Positions 9,587 through 19,831 of a DNA stretch of 64,000 bases are shown piece after piece; the first letter of the stretch is position 1; every line of letters starts with the position of its first letter. A model generated the notes under the pieces. That model worked only from the letters and a program-made list of their open reading frames with translations, was not told where the DNA came from and made no database searches. The position numbers and the translations under genes were made by a program. The stretch is from Williopsis jadinii (Eukaryota), in the NCBI GenBank assembly GCA_024346625.1, contig AP024664.1:4340001-4404000 (forward strand), read 5' to 3'.

Positions 9587-10525
9587 ATGAAACAGAGCGA
9601 AGAAGAGCATCACAGCAGAGAAGAGGACGAGTACGTTGAAGAGGAAGATGAGGACTTCAATCCGGACGAAGTAGACGGTGGCGATGACGGCGATGACGGT
9701 GACGATGACGGTGACGAGGATGAGTGTGAGTCTACCGGCTTGTTGTGTTTGAGCAATGCGGAATACTGACACCACGAGATAGACAAGAGGAGCGATGATG
9801 AGGAGACAGAGAGACAGGTCAAGAGTGCCAATTACTCAAAGATTGAGAGTAGCGAAGGCGGGCTGATAAAGACGAGAAGGCAGAGGCAGCTGGAGACCCA
9901 TGAACGAGAATACAAGTCAGTGCTGGACTTGAGAGGAGATGTTGACGTTGACGAAGCGTGGTTGAAACTACAGAAGGCATCTTCTGACAGGCTCCGGTGT
10001 CGATACAGTGCCAACGTGACAAGGATCTCACACCAGGGAGAGCCCAGGGAGGAGGAACTGGCGCATGAGAGGATCAAGATTAAGAGGAAATACGACTACG
10101 CTGGAGAGACGGTTATCGAGGAGAAGTGGGTGGACAGGGAGTCTGCTGAGGCCCAGGAGTACTTGAACGGTCTGAAGGACGAGGAGAGGCTAAAAGTTGA
10201 AAGCTCAACGTCTATGCACAAGAAGGAACAAGACAAGAAGCCCACCAATGTCAACGAACGCGGTGAAAAGCTGCGGATCGTCAGGAAGAGACCTCCATTG
10301 TTGGAGGGGATCATCAACGGTTCTATAAAACCAAAGTTTAACACCTTGGAGAAGTCCAAGCTCGATTTTGCACAGTTTGTCGACAAAGAAGGCATAAACG
10401 ATGAGCTGGTTCAACATAACAAGGACGGATATCTGGCTAAACAGGATTTCCTCAGCCGGGTCGAGTTCCACAGGGATACACAGATGAAGGAGATGAGGCA
10501 CAAGGAGCTGAATAAGAAGAAGTGA
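9587..10525 (+). CDS. SWC5: SWR1 complex subunit Swc5 (BCNT domain), intron 9726-9782
   Basis: Acidic N-terminus (EYVEEEDEDFNP). A 57-nt intron (GTGAGT...TACTGAC...TAG) removes an in-frame stop. YSKIESSEGGLIKTRR and C-terminal BCNT motif NTLEKSKLDF...DGYLAKQDFL. Confidence 0.9.
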
Positions 10526-10849
10526 ACTCTTGGTCGTGCTAGGGTGTCTTTAAGGTCATAATTCAATGTTGAGTAGAGCTCTGCCTAGCTGTGTAAGCCG
10601 GCTCTGCCTAGCTATGTGGGAGCGCCCTGCCTGGCTGGGCAGCGCTCCTCCCCCGCCCGCCTACCCAGAGCAGTGCGCCAGCCCGCGTTTACGCACCAAA
10701 TGGGGAAACCCATTCCACTGTGGCTCTCCGCAGTATCAAAATTGGTTAATACCCAACTGACTAATACCGAATCCATCGAGATGAGCATTTCTTCCTCGAC
10801 AAATCTTCTCTCTACAACCTAGACAACGTAGAATAGACACAGAAGAGCC

Positions 10850-12856
10850 ATGACAACTCATTGGAAGGAGCTCCCGTGGAAGGAGAAGCCGTCAATACCG
10901 CAAATCACCACAAGATCCATCATTGCTGGCTTAGTCATCGGATCAATCATACTGATATCGAACTTCCAATTCGGACTCCAAACAGGCTGGGTGTCGATGA
11001 TGTCCCTCCCTTCAGCGTTGCTGTCATTTGCTGTCTTCAAGAACCTTCAAAGGCATCTCGCCTTCGAGTTCACAGATGTGGAGAACGTGTTCGTACAGAG
11101 CATCGCTGTTGCTGTCGGCACAGGACCTCTGGCTTATGGATTGGTTGGTGTTGTGCCTGCTATTGAGAAGTTCCTCAGACCTGAAGAGTCTGGCATCGGA
11201 AGAGTGATGAAGTTCTCCACGTATGATTTGATTGTGTGGTGCACAGCACTGGCGTTCTTTGGGATCTTCTTCGCTGTGCCCTTGAGGAAGCAGGTCATTG
11301 TCCATGAAAGACTGCCCTTCCCTTCGGGAAGTGCCACTGCCACGTTGATCTCTGTATTGCACAACACAGAGGTCCGCCATGATGACTGCCAATCTGTGAA
11401 GCTGCCACATGAATACAACGAACTGTTGATAAGTGACGATGATGATGACGGTAACGGTGCGTCTGCTGTTACGGCTCCGCCGCCTACTGATCGCACTGCA
11501 CTGCTAGAAGGCCAGAGGATCAAGGAGCACGAATCCATCATCTTGTACAATAAGAACGTCAGATCACTGATTGGAACCTTCTCAGTATCGTCGGCATACA
11601 CCGTGATCTCATACTTCATCCCATCTCTGAGAAACCTGCCTATCTTTGGTGGATCTCTGGCTGAGAACTACCTCTGGACTCTACAGCCCTCGCCTGCTTA
11701 CATCGGACAAGGCATCATAATGGGGCTTCCCACGGTCAGTTACATGCTGTTTGGTGCGATCCTTGGCTGGGGAATACTGGCTCCGCTGAGTAAGGCCCAG
11801 GGTTGGGCTGAAGGTCCCATCGACGATTGGAAGACTGGCGCTCAAGGCTGGATTCTGTGGGTGAGTTTGGCTGTGATGGTTAGTGACAGCGTGGTGTCGT
11901 TCATCACCGTCACAGTGCAGTCTGCCATCAAATTCTTCACGAGAAGAAATGAGGGCCATGAGCCAGAGGACGGCTGTGAGCTGGATGCACAGTACCTGGT
12001 GGGCTTCAAAACAGTGAGCATTGGGCTCTTTGTATCGTCAGTGATCTGTATAGTGCTCATGGTCCATCTGTTTGGAACAACCATCGTGCCGGTGTACTCT
12101 CTTGTTGTTGCCATCGTGCTTGCCCTGTTTCTCTCGATACTGGGGGTACGTGCTCTTGGGGAGACGGACCTCAACCCGGTGAGCGGGATAGGTAAGCTAT
12201 CACAGCTCCTGTTTGCCTTCATCATACCCAGAAACCACCCAGGCGCTGTGCTTGTCAACCTCGTTGCTGGCGCCATTGCAGAGGCTGGTGCTCAACAGGC
12301 TGGTGATCTAATGCAAGATCTGAAGACTGGCCATCTCATCGGGGCCTCTCCATACGCACAGTTCGTTGCACAGCTGATAGGAACTGTATGGTCGATATTC
12401 CTGTCGTCCGTGATGTACAAAGTGTACAACTCGGTCTACGAGATACCGAGCAAGGTGTTCCGTATACCGACGTCCGTTATATGGATCGACTGCTCGAGAC
12501 TGGTTACAGGCGAAGGGCTGCCGCCGTATGCCTTCGAGGTGTCGCTGGTGTTCGCCTTGATATTCGGCGTCATCTCATTGGTCAAGAACGTGTTTAAGAA
12601 CAACCCGGCGGTTCAGAAGAGACTGGTGTGGTTGCCTAGCGGGGTGGCGGTTGGTATTGGTATATATAACACGCCTTCATTCACCATCGCAAGGTTCATT
12701 GGTGGAGTTATTGCCTACATCTGGTTGAAGCGCTCTGGCCATTCCCACGAGGGCAAGACTGCGATGATTGTATTCAGCAGTGGGCTGGTCCTTGGAGAAG
12801 GACTGTTCAGTGTTGTGACGATGATATTGACAAGCTTGGACGTGCCGCACTGGTGA
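10850..12856 (+). CDS. OPT/YSL-family oligopeptide transporter, YGL114W-like
   Basis: FGLQTGW, PFPSGSATA, GETDLNP, DLMQDLKTGHL and many TM segments. Next to SNF4 as in S. cerevisiae. Confidence 0.9.
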   Translation: MTTHWKELPWKEKPSIPQITTRSIIAGLVIGSIILISNFQFGLQTGWVSMMSLPSALLSFAVFKNLQRHLAFEFTDVENVFVQSIAVAVGTGPLAYGLVGVVPAIEKFLRPEESGIGRVMKFSTYDLIVWCTALAFFGIFFAVPLRKQVIVHERLPFPSGSATATLISVLHNTEVRHDDCQSVKLPHEYNELLISDDDDDGNGASAVTAPPPTDRTALLEGQRIKEHESIILYNKNVRSLIGTFSVSSAYTVISYFIPSLRNLPIFGGSLAENYLWTLQPSPAYIGQGIIMGLPTVSYMLFGAILGWGILAPLSKAQGWAEGPIDDWKTGAQGWILWVSLAVMVSDSVVSFITVTVQSAIKFFTRRNEGHEPEDGCELDAQYLVGFKTVSIGLFVSSVICIVLMVHLFGTTIVPVYSLVVAIVLALFLSILGVRALGETDLNPVSGIGKLSQLLFAFIIPRNHPGAVLVNLVAGAIAEAGAQQAGDLMQDLKTGHLIGASPYAQFVAQLIGTVWSIFLSSVMYKVYNSVYEIPSKVFRIPTSVIWIDCSRLVTGEGLPPYAFEVSLVFALIFGVISLVKNVFKNNPAVQKRLVWLPSGVAVGIGIYNTPSFTIARFIGGVIAYIWLKRSGHSHEGKTAMIVFSSGLVLGEGLFSVVTMILTSLDVPHW

Positions 12857-12917
12857 GACAAACAGATACATAGAGAAAGACTGCTTTGTTTATTGATTAT
12901 TTATCTTTATTGTTATT

Positions 12918-13928
12918 TCACTCCATCTCTCCGAATAGAATGTACTTTAGGATATCGCTCAGACTCACAACCCCGACAAGTCTGCCTTCATCGTCAACAA
13001 CAAAGAGTCTATGCACTCTTGATCTTCTGATATTATCGAGTATCGTGGCGAGTCTGTCCTTCACCGTGCACGTGTAGACGCCTTCGAAATCGTCTGATCT
13101 TCTCATGAGGGCTTCGCCAACGCTTAGCGTCAAATCGTTATAGATTCCACCTTTGATGAGGCCCAACACATCCACCGCCTCGTAGACGTTGATCAACTTG
13201 TTGGTTTCGTCCACAATAGGGATGGAACTCACAGAGCCGTGTGACAGTAGCTGGATAACGTCAATCACTGGTGTGTCGAGAGTAGCAGTTGATATTGGGC
13301 CATTGGAGCCGATGCCCAGCTCTTCCAACGACATTTGTAGATCTTCCGTCTCTTTGCAATTCAAAGAGACAAATTTCAAGATACGGTATTGGGTGAGCAC
13401 CGAGACGACGATCTCTCTATGCGTATCTTCATCCTCGTCGATTAGGGGGATTCTTCTGGAACGGGACTCGATCATCTTAACACATGCATCGTACAACGGC
13501 TTGAAAGGGTGGATCGAACCTGTGTCTATGGGTTCAACACCAATGGCCTTCTCGACATCCTTCAGCCCGTTCAGAGTCAATCTATCAACAAATTCAAACC
13601 TATCCGGGTTCTGGAAGTAGTACTGTATAACGTTGATGAAGTCCGAGGAGTTCAACAACCCGGCAAACCTCGAAGTCTTCGGGTCCCACAGCGGCGCTGA
13701 GACGATGTTGTTTTGCAGCAAGATATTTAGCGACTTCTTGACAAGCAACGACGTGTCCAACACAATCAGTCTATAAGAAACGGGTAAAACATCATAAGAT
13801 GTCTTTGATTTGAGGAATTGTCTAATAGCCTGTACTGCAACTCGTTGTCTCTGTCTCAGCTGCTCATGTTCGTTATCAGATATTGTCGCCTCTTGAAGTT
13901 TTTGCTCTATGGTTGGGATTACAGACAT
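12918..13928 (-). CDS. SNF4: AMPK/SNF1 gamma subunit
   Basis: SYDVLPVSYRLIVLDT, IVSAPLWD, four CBS domains. First in-frame ATG (MSVIPTIEQ) at 13928. Confidence 0.96.
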   Translation of the reverse strand: MSVIPTIEQKLQEATISDNEHEQLRQRQRVAVQAIRQFLKSKTSYDVLPVSYRLIVLDTSLLVKKSLNILLQNNIVSAPLWDPKTSRFAGLLNSSDFINVIQYYFQNPDRFEFVDRLTLNGLKDVEKAIGVEPIDTGSIHPFKPLYDACVKMIESRSRRIPLIDEDEDTHREIVVSVLTQYRILKFVSLNCKETEDLQMSLEELGIGSNGPISTATLDTPVIDVIQLLSHGSVSSIPIVDETNKLINVYEAVDVLGLIKGGIYNDLTLSVGEALMRRSDDFEGVYTCTVKDRLATILDNIRRSRVHRLFVVDDEGRLVGVVSLSDILKYILFGEME

Positions 13929-14050
13929 CCTTACGTTAACCGCTGCGTAATAGAACAGTTGCCGCCGTGGTTGAAACCTTTGCCTTCTCCTCTCGACGAG
14001 GGGTGCCCTTCCATTTTCGTTGATTTGTTTGTTGAAGATTGGGGCACATG

Positions 14051-14122
14051 TTACCCGGCCTTTATGGGGCGTTTTACTGGTGTCCGGATGTCCTATTTTT
14101 TTTTCCTGGAGCGGGTATAAAT
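14051..14122 (+). promoter_or_regulatory. SNF4/U2 divergent promoter: Reb1-like TTACCCGG, Rap1-like GGTGTCCGGATGTC, TATA box
   Basis: ttacccgg at 14051, ggtgtccggatgtcc at 14079 and tataaat at 14116, ~70 bp upstream of U2. Confidence 0.55.
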
Positions 14123-14183
14123 TTGAAATTTTCAATTGTATTTTTTCTTCTCTTTCTTTTTCTGTTTTTTTTTCCTTTTCTTC

Positions 14184-14388
14184 AAGATCTCTTTGCCTTT
14201 TGGCTTAGATCAAGTGTAGTATCTGTTCTTTTCAGTGTAACAACTGGAATGTCCTCACTGAGGACTTCTTATTTCGTTACTCTTATTTTTGGACTATGGC
14301 TTCAACGGTTTTTCATACGGGCTTGCTCGTTGGCTGTGAGGCATGGTGTCGTTGCCATTGCACTTGCTTTGGGCTTCTGACGCAAATC
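14184..14388 (+). ncRNA. LSR1: U2 spliceosomal snRNA, short form (~200 nt; ends approximate)
   Basis: Yeast U2 5' sequence ATCTCTTTGCCTTTTGGCTTAGATCAAGTGTAGTATCTGTTCTTTTCAGTGTAACAACTG including the GTAGTA branch-site recognition sequence. Sm site ATTTTTGG at 14285 and stem-loop IV loop ATTGCACT at ~14357. Confidence 0.95.
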
Positions 14389-14921
14389 TTTTTTAATGTA
14401 CTTGGTCGATGAGTTCATCGGTTGACTTTAAAAAAGCTTTATTGTCTTGTCATTTTGCAAATTGAGATCGTGAGGAGGCGAGCCGGTATGGCGTGTGCAT
14501 TAGAACCTGGTGCAGATGCAAGGGCCGTCCATGGCTGCTGAGTGTGTTCTGTGTTCTGTGTGCTCTCATACTAGCATGATCAATGTCGGAGTTTGCGTTA
14601 TGGTGAGCCTACAAACTACGCTTACACCAAGCTAGTATTCCCTCGTTGCATTGTTATCCCGTCCCATGCTGAACTGTTCTGAGATGTTTACTTTTTCCCA
14701 CGGAATCCTCCCTCATCAAGCAAAACACTCTGGGCTACTGTACCCTATAACTCACACCCTAACACAAGATATGAAAATGTCGGCGCACAGATACCGTCAT
14801 TACCACCAAAGTGTACACACTTCCCAGGTGTCACAACGTTCAAAACCATCGTTCAGTGATCTTCTACTAACAGTTGCACAGCTACGCTCACCACCTGAAA
14901 GCCTATGAAGGAAAAAAAAAA

Positions 14922-14995
14922 CGACCTCGGTCAGGATTGAACTGACGATCTCACGATTAACAGTCGTGCGCCTTAACCAACTTGGCCACGAAGTC
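14922..14995 (-). tRNA. tRNA-Asn (GTT)
   Basis: GACTTCGTGGCCAAGTTGGTTAAGGCGCACGACTGTTAATCGTGAGATCGTCAGTTCAATCCTGACCGAGGTCG folds as a cloverleaf with anticodon GTT, followed by an oligo-T Pol III terminator. Confidence 0.96.
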
Positions 14996-15118
14996 TAACG
15001 AACGGGTCGTCTACGCCGCCACTTCTCCTCCAGCCACATCCAAGCCACATCGCTCATAACCTTTCCGCTTGTGGACACGTCATTACATGCATTAGCAGCC
15101 AAAAGAGGAAGCATCAAT

Positions 15119-15172
15119 TTACCGCATTGGGAAATTTGTAAACATTCAACAAGTTTCAAATTTGTCACAAAA
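15119..15172 (+). promoter_or_regulatory. Mcm1-Fkh composite element plus Ndt80 MSE upstream of CDC20
   Basis: TTACCGCATTGGGAAA (Mcm1), GTAAACA at 15138 (forkhead), GTCACAAAA at 15164 (MSE). Confidence 0.7.
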
Positions 15173-15387
15173 CACCAATGTTTCTGTGGTTCTTTTCACG
15201 TCTCGAGATTTCTTCTTATCCTTGCTTTTTTAACCATCTACATCTTCTTCTTTGCTGCTAGCAACGTCCTTTCTGTCCATTGCTTATCGTCCCTCTGTGT
15301 GCTTTACGCTGTGCCCTGTTTGACAGTCCTGTGTTCTTTCATTTGTCTCGCTGGCACCATACATTCATTCACTAGACATATACCATA

Positions 15388-16893
15388 ATGACGAGTACCA
15401 TGACAGATTCTCCCAAGTCCACGGTGAGAAGAACCACGCTGAGGTTCCCTGGTTCGCCCAGCAAGTCGATGAAGCGTCAAGGCTCGACTCTCTCGTTGGC
15501 GTCGCCGACAAAGTTGAACGTTGTGAAGCCTGACTGGGACCACGAGAAGATCTACCAGAGCCTGAAGAGACAAGGCTCCTCGAGTGCTTCGCTACAGACA
15601 GCGACGGACAGGTTCATACCTTCACGATATACGACGAGCAACAGTAGGGTCTCAACGGAGCAGCATCTGCCTCCTTCCAATGCGTCGCCTTCGGAGCATA
15701 TCAAGGCACAATCGCAAATCATCTACAAGAGATCAGTGGCCGATGCGTGCGGTATTGAGGTGGGACAGAGGATATTACAGTATCAGCCACCGCCTCCTGT
15801 GTCCAAGTCGCTTGTCCAGATGAACCAAAGCTCGAATTTCTCTACAGCTTCCGCTGGAAAAGGATCTATGGGCCTGACCATTGAACCTTTGCGGTCCAGG
15901 AAGATCTCTTCAAACCCAGAAAGAGTATTGGATGCCCCTGGCTTGGTGGACGACTTCTACCTGAACTTGTTAAGCTGGTCCTGTGAAAATCAATTGGCAA
16001 TTGCTCTAGAATCAAGCTGCTACGTGTGGAATGCCAACACAGGCTCAGTCCAGGTCTTGAGCGATTGCGACCATCTGATCAGCTCTGTTAGATGGTCCGA
16101 GGATGGCTCATATTTGTCCATAGGTAAAGAGGATGGCACATTGGAGATCTGGGATGTGGAGTCCTCTACAAGGCTAAGAACCATGAAGACACATACCGGT
16201 GTTCGAATTGGGTCCCAGGCATGGTCTTCCCACTTGGTGTCCGCAGGCTCAAAGAGTGGTGAAATCATCATCAATGACGTGAGAGTTAAGAACCATATAA
16301 CAAACACATTGCATGCCCACATGGGTGAAGTCTGTGGCCTAGAATATAGGGCCGATGGACAACAATTTGCATCTGGATCAAACGATAACACTGTGTGCAT
16401 TTGGGATTCAAGATCCTCAGTGGCACAGTTCACAAAGACAGCACATACTGCTGCTGTAAAGGCATTGGCATGGAACCCAGAGATCAATTCCCTCTTAGCC
16501 ACTGGTGGTGGTTCCTCCGATAGACATATTCACTTCTGGAACACAACAACAGGTGCAAGGGTCAACTCCATCGACACGGGCTCACAGATCTCCTCGTTGT
16601 TCTGGGGCTCCTCCAACTCTTTTGGGCGTGAAATAGTATCCACTGGTGGCTACCCAAACAACAGTATCAGCGTCTATTCGTTTGACCATAGGATCAAAGT
16701 GGCTGAGATTGAAAATGCTCATGATTCAAGAATCATCAGTGCCCAATTGTCCCCAGATGGCTCAACAATTGCTACCGTAGGAGGTGATGAGAACTTGAAG
16801 TTCTACAAAGTGTTCAACCAGAACAAAAAGAGAGAGCAATCTAGTGCCATCGCACAAGGCAAGCAGATGTCCAAAATAATGACTATTAGATAA
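15388..16893 (+). CDS. CDC20: APC/C activator Cdc20
   Basis: C-box DRFIP, RILQY, VLDAPGLVDDFYLNLL, WD40 repeats, C-terminal IR tail. Synteny with SNF4. Confidence 0.95.
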   Translation: MTSTMTDSPKSTVRRTTLRFPGSPSKSMKRQGSTLSLASPTKLNVVKPDWDHEKIYQSLKRQGSSSASLQTATDRFIPSRYTTSNSRVSTEQHLPPSNASPSEHIKAQSQIIYKRSVADACGIEVGQRILQYQPPPPVSKSLVQMNQSSNFSTASAGKGSMGLTIEPLRSRKISSNPERVLDAPGLVDDFYLNLLSWSCENQLAIALESSCYVWNANTGSVQVLSDCDHLISSVRWSEDGSYLSIGKEDGTLEIWDVESSTRLRTMKTHTGVRIGSQAWSSHLVSAGSKSGEIIINDVRVKNHITNTLHAHMGEVCGLEYRADGQQFASGSNDNTVCIWDSRSSVAQFTKTAHTAAVKALAWNPEINSLLATGGGSSDRHIHFWNTTTGARVNSIDTGSQISSLFWGSSNSFGREIVSTGGYPNNSISVYSFDHRIKVAEIENAHDSRIISAQLSPDGSTIATVGGDENLKFYKVFNQNKKREQSSAIAQGKQMSKIMTIR

Positions 16894-16945
16894 GTTATGT
16901 ATTAGCATACACTATATAATGTACTCTTCAACTCGAGCCATTAGA

Positions 16946-18934
16946 CTACTCTTTCTCCTGGTTGATCTCCAGGACCATCTCAGCATCAGAGTTCTCAGCA
17001 TCAATGATATCACCACATTCCACCTGTGGTTTCTTCTTAAGAATAGCAAGACATAGGTTCTTGATGTCCTTTCTTCCTTGCCATATTGGGAACAGAATGA
17101 TGTATATAGACGATAAGAATAGGCATATCATCATGATGATAACCCATGATGTAAAGTAGCCCTTTGAGAAGGAATAATCGGACCCGTATAGTGCTAATGG
17201 AACAATCAGGAAGCCACCACCAATGAGGATGATATTCAAGACAATGGCGATCTTCGCAGCCTTCCTCAGTGTCTGTTCCTCCTCCTCGGTGTTGATCATG
17301 GCCTTGACCTCAAGAGCATCGGCATCGTCTCCTGCTGTGAAGGCATTACGATAAACAGCAAAGTCGAATGGCTTGGAGTCCGGCTTCAAGTATGAAAGCA
17401 CTGGAATCATGAGGAATGCACCTCCAAAAGTAGCAAAGTTGCCAACGATGGAGGCCTCTGCCGTCATCAATGTGTTCTTATCAACAACGTTATCACCATA
17501 GGCTGCTGCTGCACCGAGCCAGCAAGCGACCCCCATTAGCGTGGACAACGGTGGGCCATAGGTGACGGCAAAGTTGGAAGTCTTGTTCCAGTAGAGGGTA
17601 TACGTGATGACAGCTGCTGCTGGAACAAGGATGATTCCATAGAAGGAGATGAGCCATCCAACAGACACACCGACGTAGTTGAAGATGATGGAGACACACG
17701 CAACCACGACAGAGAACACAATGGTTGACAAATGAGAGAAACGAACAAGCTGTTTACCAGTGGCCTGCCTGTTGATGTAGCCTCTGTAGACGTCGAACGT
17801 GGCCACTGAAGAGAAGGCAATGAGCTCCGCAGACATCGCACTTGTAACACTCATGAACAAAGTAAGAACAGCAGCTTTGGCACCACTCTGGCCCATAATG
17901 GCACCAAAGGTATAGATCACCGGCAAGCCAGCATTGGCCTCATGAGCAGTCAAAGGGTTTGGATATGTTTGGAAGCCTGGATACACGAGAAGAGCTCTTG
18001 CTGCTAAACCTCCCGCAGTGCCCAAAGCCCATGGAATGGTAAGCCAGCACAATCCACCGAGGATATAGCCACTGAGAACACCTTTTGGAGAAGCAGCAAT
18101 GGCCTTTTGGCCATAGGAAGGGTCACCAAACACCGAGCTCAGGCCACCAATAAGAACAGCCCATGTGATCATGAACATCTCCTTGTTTTTGAAGCTGAGG
18201 TAGTCGGTGGAGAACTGGAACTTGGCCTCAGCTTCCTGTAGCATGTCCCACATCTTGCCTGGCGAGCCAATGATATCAGACGTGCAAAACACCTTGAAGC
18301 AAAGAGCCAGCACAACGAGGTAGATGATAACAGTGTGGATCCAGTCTGAGATGAAGGTGGCCTTCAGTCCACCGGTGGCCGTGTACACACAGACCCCCAA
18401 TGGCAAGAGAAAGTTGGCTGCGATGATATTAATCCCCGTGGAGGCGTTGAAGCCTTGGGAAGCACCCAGTAGCAGACAAGAGGCAACCATGATGTTTGTA
18501 GCGGTGATGTAGAACAGATACATCCAGTGCGAGTGCTTGTCATAGCGAGCCTTGATGATCTCTGCGATGGTGTGACAAGCAGGCGCAATTCTCTTGATTT
18601 CAATGGCCAGCAGGGCAAAGGTGAAGATCTGGATAGTGCCCATGACGGCGTATAGATAGCCACCACTGATTCCGTAGGTATAGCCCCACAGGCCCGATGT
18701 CAGCAGCGACGCCGGCCAGATCCACGAGGAAACGACGGCTGAGGAGATCAGGCCTGATCTCACTGTTCTGGAGGCTGTTGTGAAGTGCTCAGAATTCTGG
18801 TGTTGATTCATATACTTTGACAAGATGTACGTGATGCCACACATCATGAGCGCAAAGGCCGCACCAAGGCCGACGATGTACCCGTAACCGACGGCCTGTG
18901 GAAGGATATACCCATTTGAGACGCCACTGGTCAT
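16946..18934 (-). CDS. DUR3-like sodium:solute symporter family transporter (urea/amine type), divergent subfamily
   Basis: LPQAVGYG, SAVVSSWIW, GGLKATFISDWIHT, SAELIAFSSVATFDVYRGYIN and many TM segments. Confidence 0.9.
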   Translation of the reverse strand: MTSGVSNGYILPQAVGYGYIVGLGAAFALMMCGITYILSKYMNQHQNSEHFTTASRTVRSGLISSAVVSSWIWPASLLTSGLWGYTYGISGGYLYAVMGTIQIFTFALLAIEIKRIAPACHTIAEIIKARYDKHSHWMYLFYITATNIMVASCLLLGASQGFNASTGINIIAANFLLPLGVCVYTATGGLKATFISDWIHTVIIYLVVLALCFKVFCTSDIIGSPGKMWDMLQEAEAKFQFSTDYLSFKNKEMFMITWAVLIGGLSSVFGDPSYGQKAIAASPKGVLSGYILGGLCWLTIPWALGTAGGLAARALLVYPGFQTYPNPLTAHEANAGLPVIYTFGAIMGQSGAKAAVLTLFMSVTSAMSAELIAFSSVATFDVYRGYINRQATGKQLVRFSHLSTIVFSVVVACVSIIFNYVGVSVGWLISFYGIILVPAAAVITYTLYWNKTSNFAVTYGPPLSTLMGVACWLGAAAAYGDNVVDKNTLMTAEASIVGNFATFGGAFLMIPVLSYLKPDSKPFDFAVYRNAFTAGDDADALEVKAMINTEEEEQTLRKAAKIAIVLNIILIGGGFLIVPLALYGSDYSFSKGYFTSWVIIMMICLFLSSIYIILFPIWQGRKDIKNLCLAILKKKPQVECGDIIDAENSDAEMVLEINQEKE

Positions 18935-19318
18935 CCTAGGCTAGTTAATTGGTGCTGTTTGGAGATCCTCCGTGGTGATTTACATGGAAACAAACCATGC
19001 CACTTATATACAGGCCCTTCCACCTCTTGGAATCAAATCCATCACCTCGTCTTCCAGATGAGGAAAGCGCACCGTTCCAGCTATGATAATATGCAATCTA
19101 CATGATCACCTGATAGATAATAACCCTTTATCAACTGCTGTAGACCTCTGGAAGGGTTAAACATCCCCGTGGAAATTGTTTTGAAGAGATCACCGACGCA
19201 TGAGGCACACTGTGTTCATGCATATACGAAGAATACAGTAGAAATGTCCTTCAAGCCTGGTGGTGTTCTTCACCAGCCCTTGGCCAAATGGGAGGAAGCA
19301 ACAGGTGCCAACACTGCT

Positions 19319-19368
19319 GAGCTCACTGTTGAGGAGCTCACTGTTGAAGAGCTCACTGTTGAGAGCTC
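19319..19368. repeat. 15-bp tandem repeat x3 (GAGCTCACTGTTGAR)
   Basis: gagctcactgttgag gagctcactgttgaa gagctcactgttgag agctc. Confidence 0.9.
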
Positions 19369-19525
19369 GTCTGTGAAGCCAAGCAGGCTCTGAGTGCTTC
19401 AGTTGTTTTGGCTGGCAATGGCTTGAGGCGCGCTTTGTATGTAATGAGGCAGCATGGTTGCTGGGGTTGACATGTACGACACCCAGGAACGTGCGTCACG
19501 ATTAACAGTTCAGGACAATGTGGAC

Positions 19526-19559
19526 ATGAGACAAATTGTATGAGACAAATTGTATGAGA
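19526..19559. repeat. 14-bp tandem repeat x2.4 (ATGAGACAAATTGT)
   Basis: Exact tandem copies visible in the sequence. Confidence 0.85.
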
Positions 19560-19831
19560 GAGGTAGAGAAAGTGCCAGGCAAGCACCACACGCCTTCTGC
19601 TACACAGCTTCTACACCCTGGCATGCTCAATTGGACAGCCCACCGTGGAGTTGATAACATGGCACCATCGCTGGGCTCACTGATAAGGACGGCGAGCAAG
19701 GATAGGGCTGAAACGACGATCACACTGCTCTGCAATAGTGAGTCATATCTCTCGTATCACAGATTTTACACACGCCTGTAAGAAGCTGATGTCTATTTCC
19801 TTACTTAACTAGCTAAAGAGTAAAGGCTCGC

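Noticed and set aside
13929..14135. N-terminal extension of the SNF4 ORF; also the ORFs at 14020-14380
   Set aside because: Non-ATG starts. The region is promoter DNA plus U2 snRNA.
14865..14881. TACTAACAG branch-point-like sequence near the tRNA
   Set aside because: No donor and no joinable exons.
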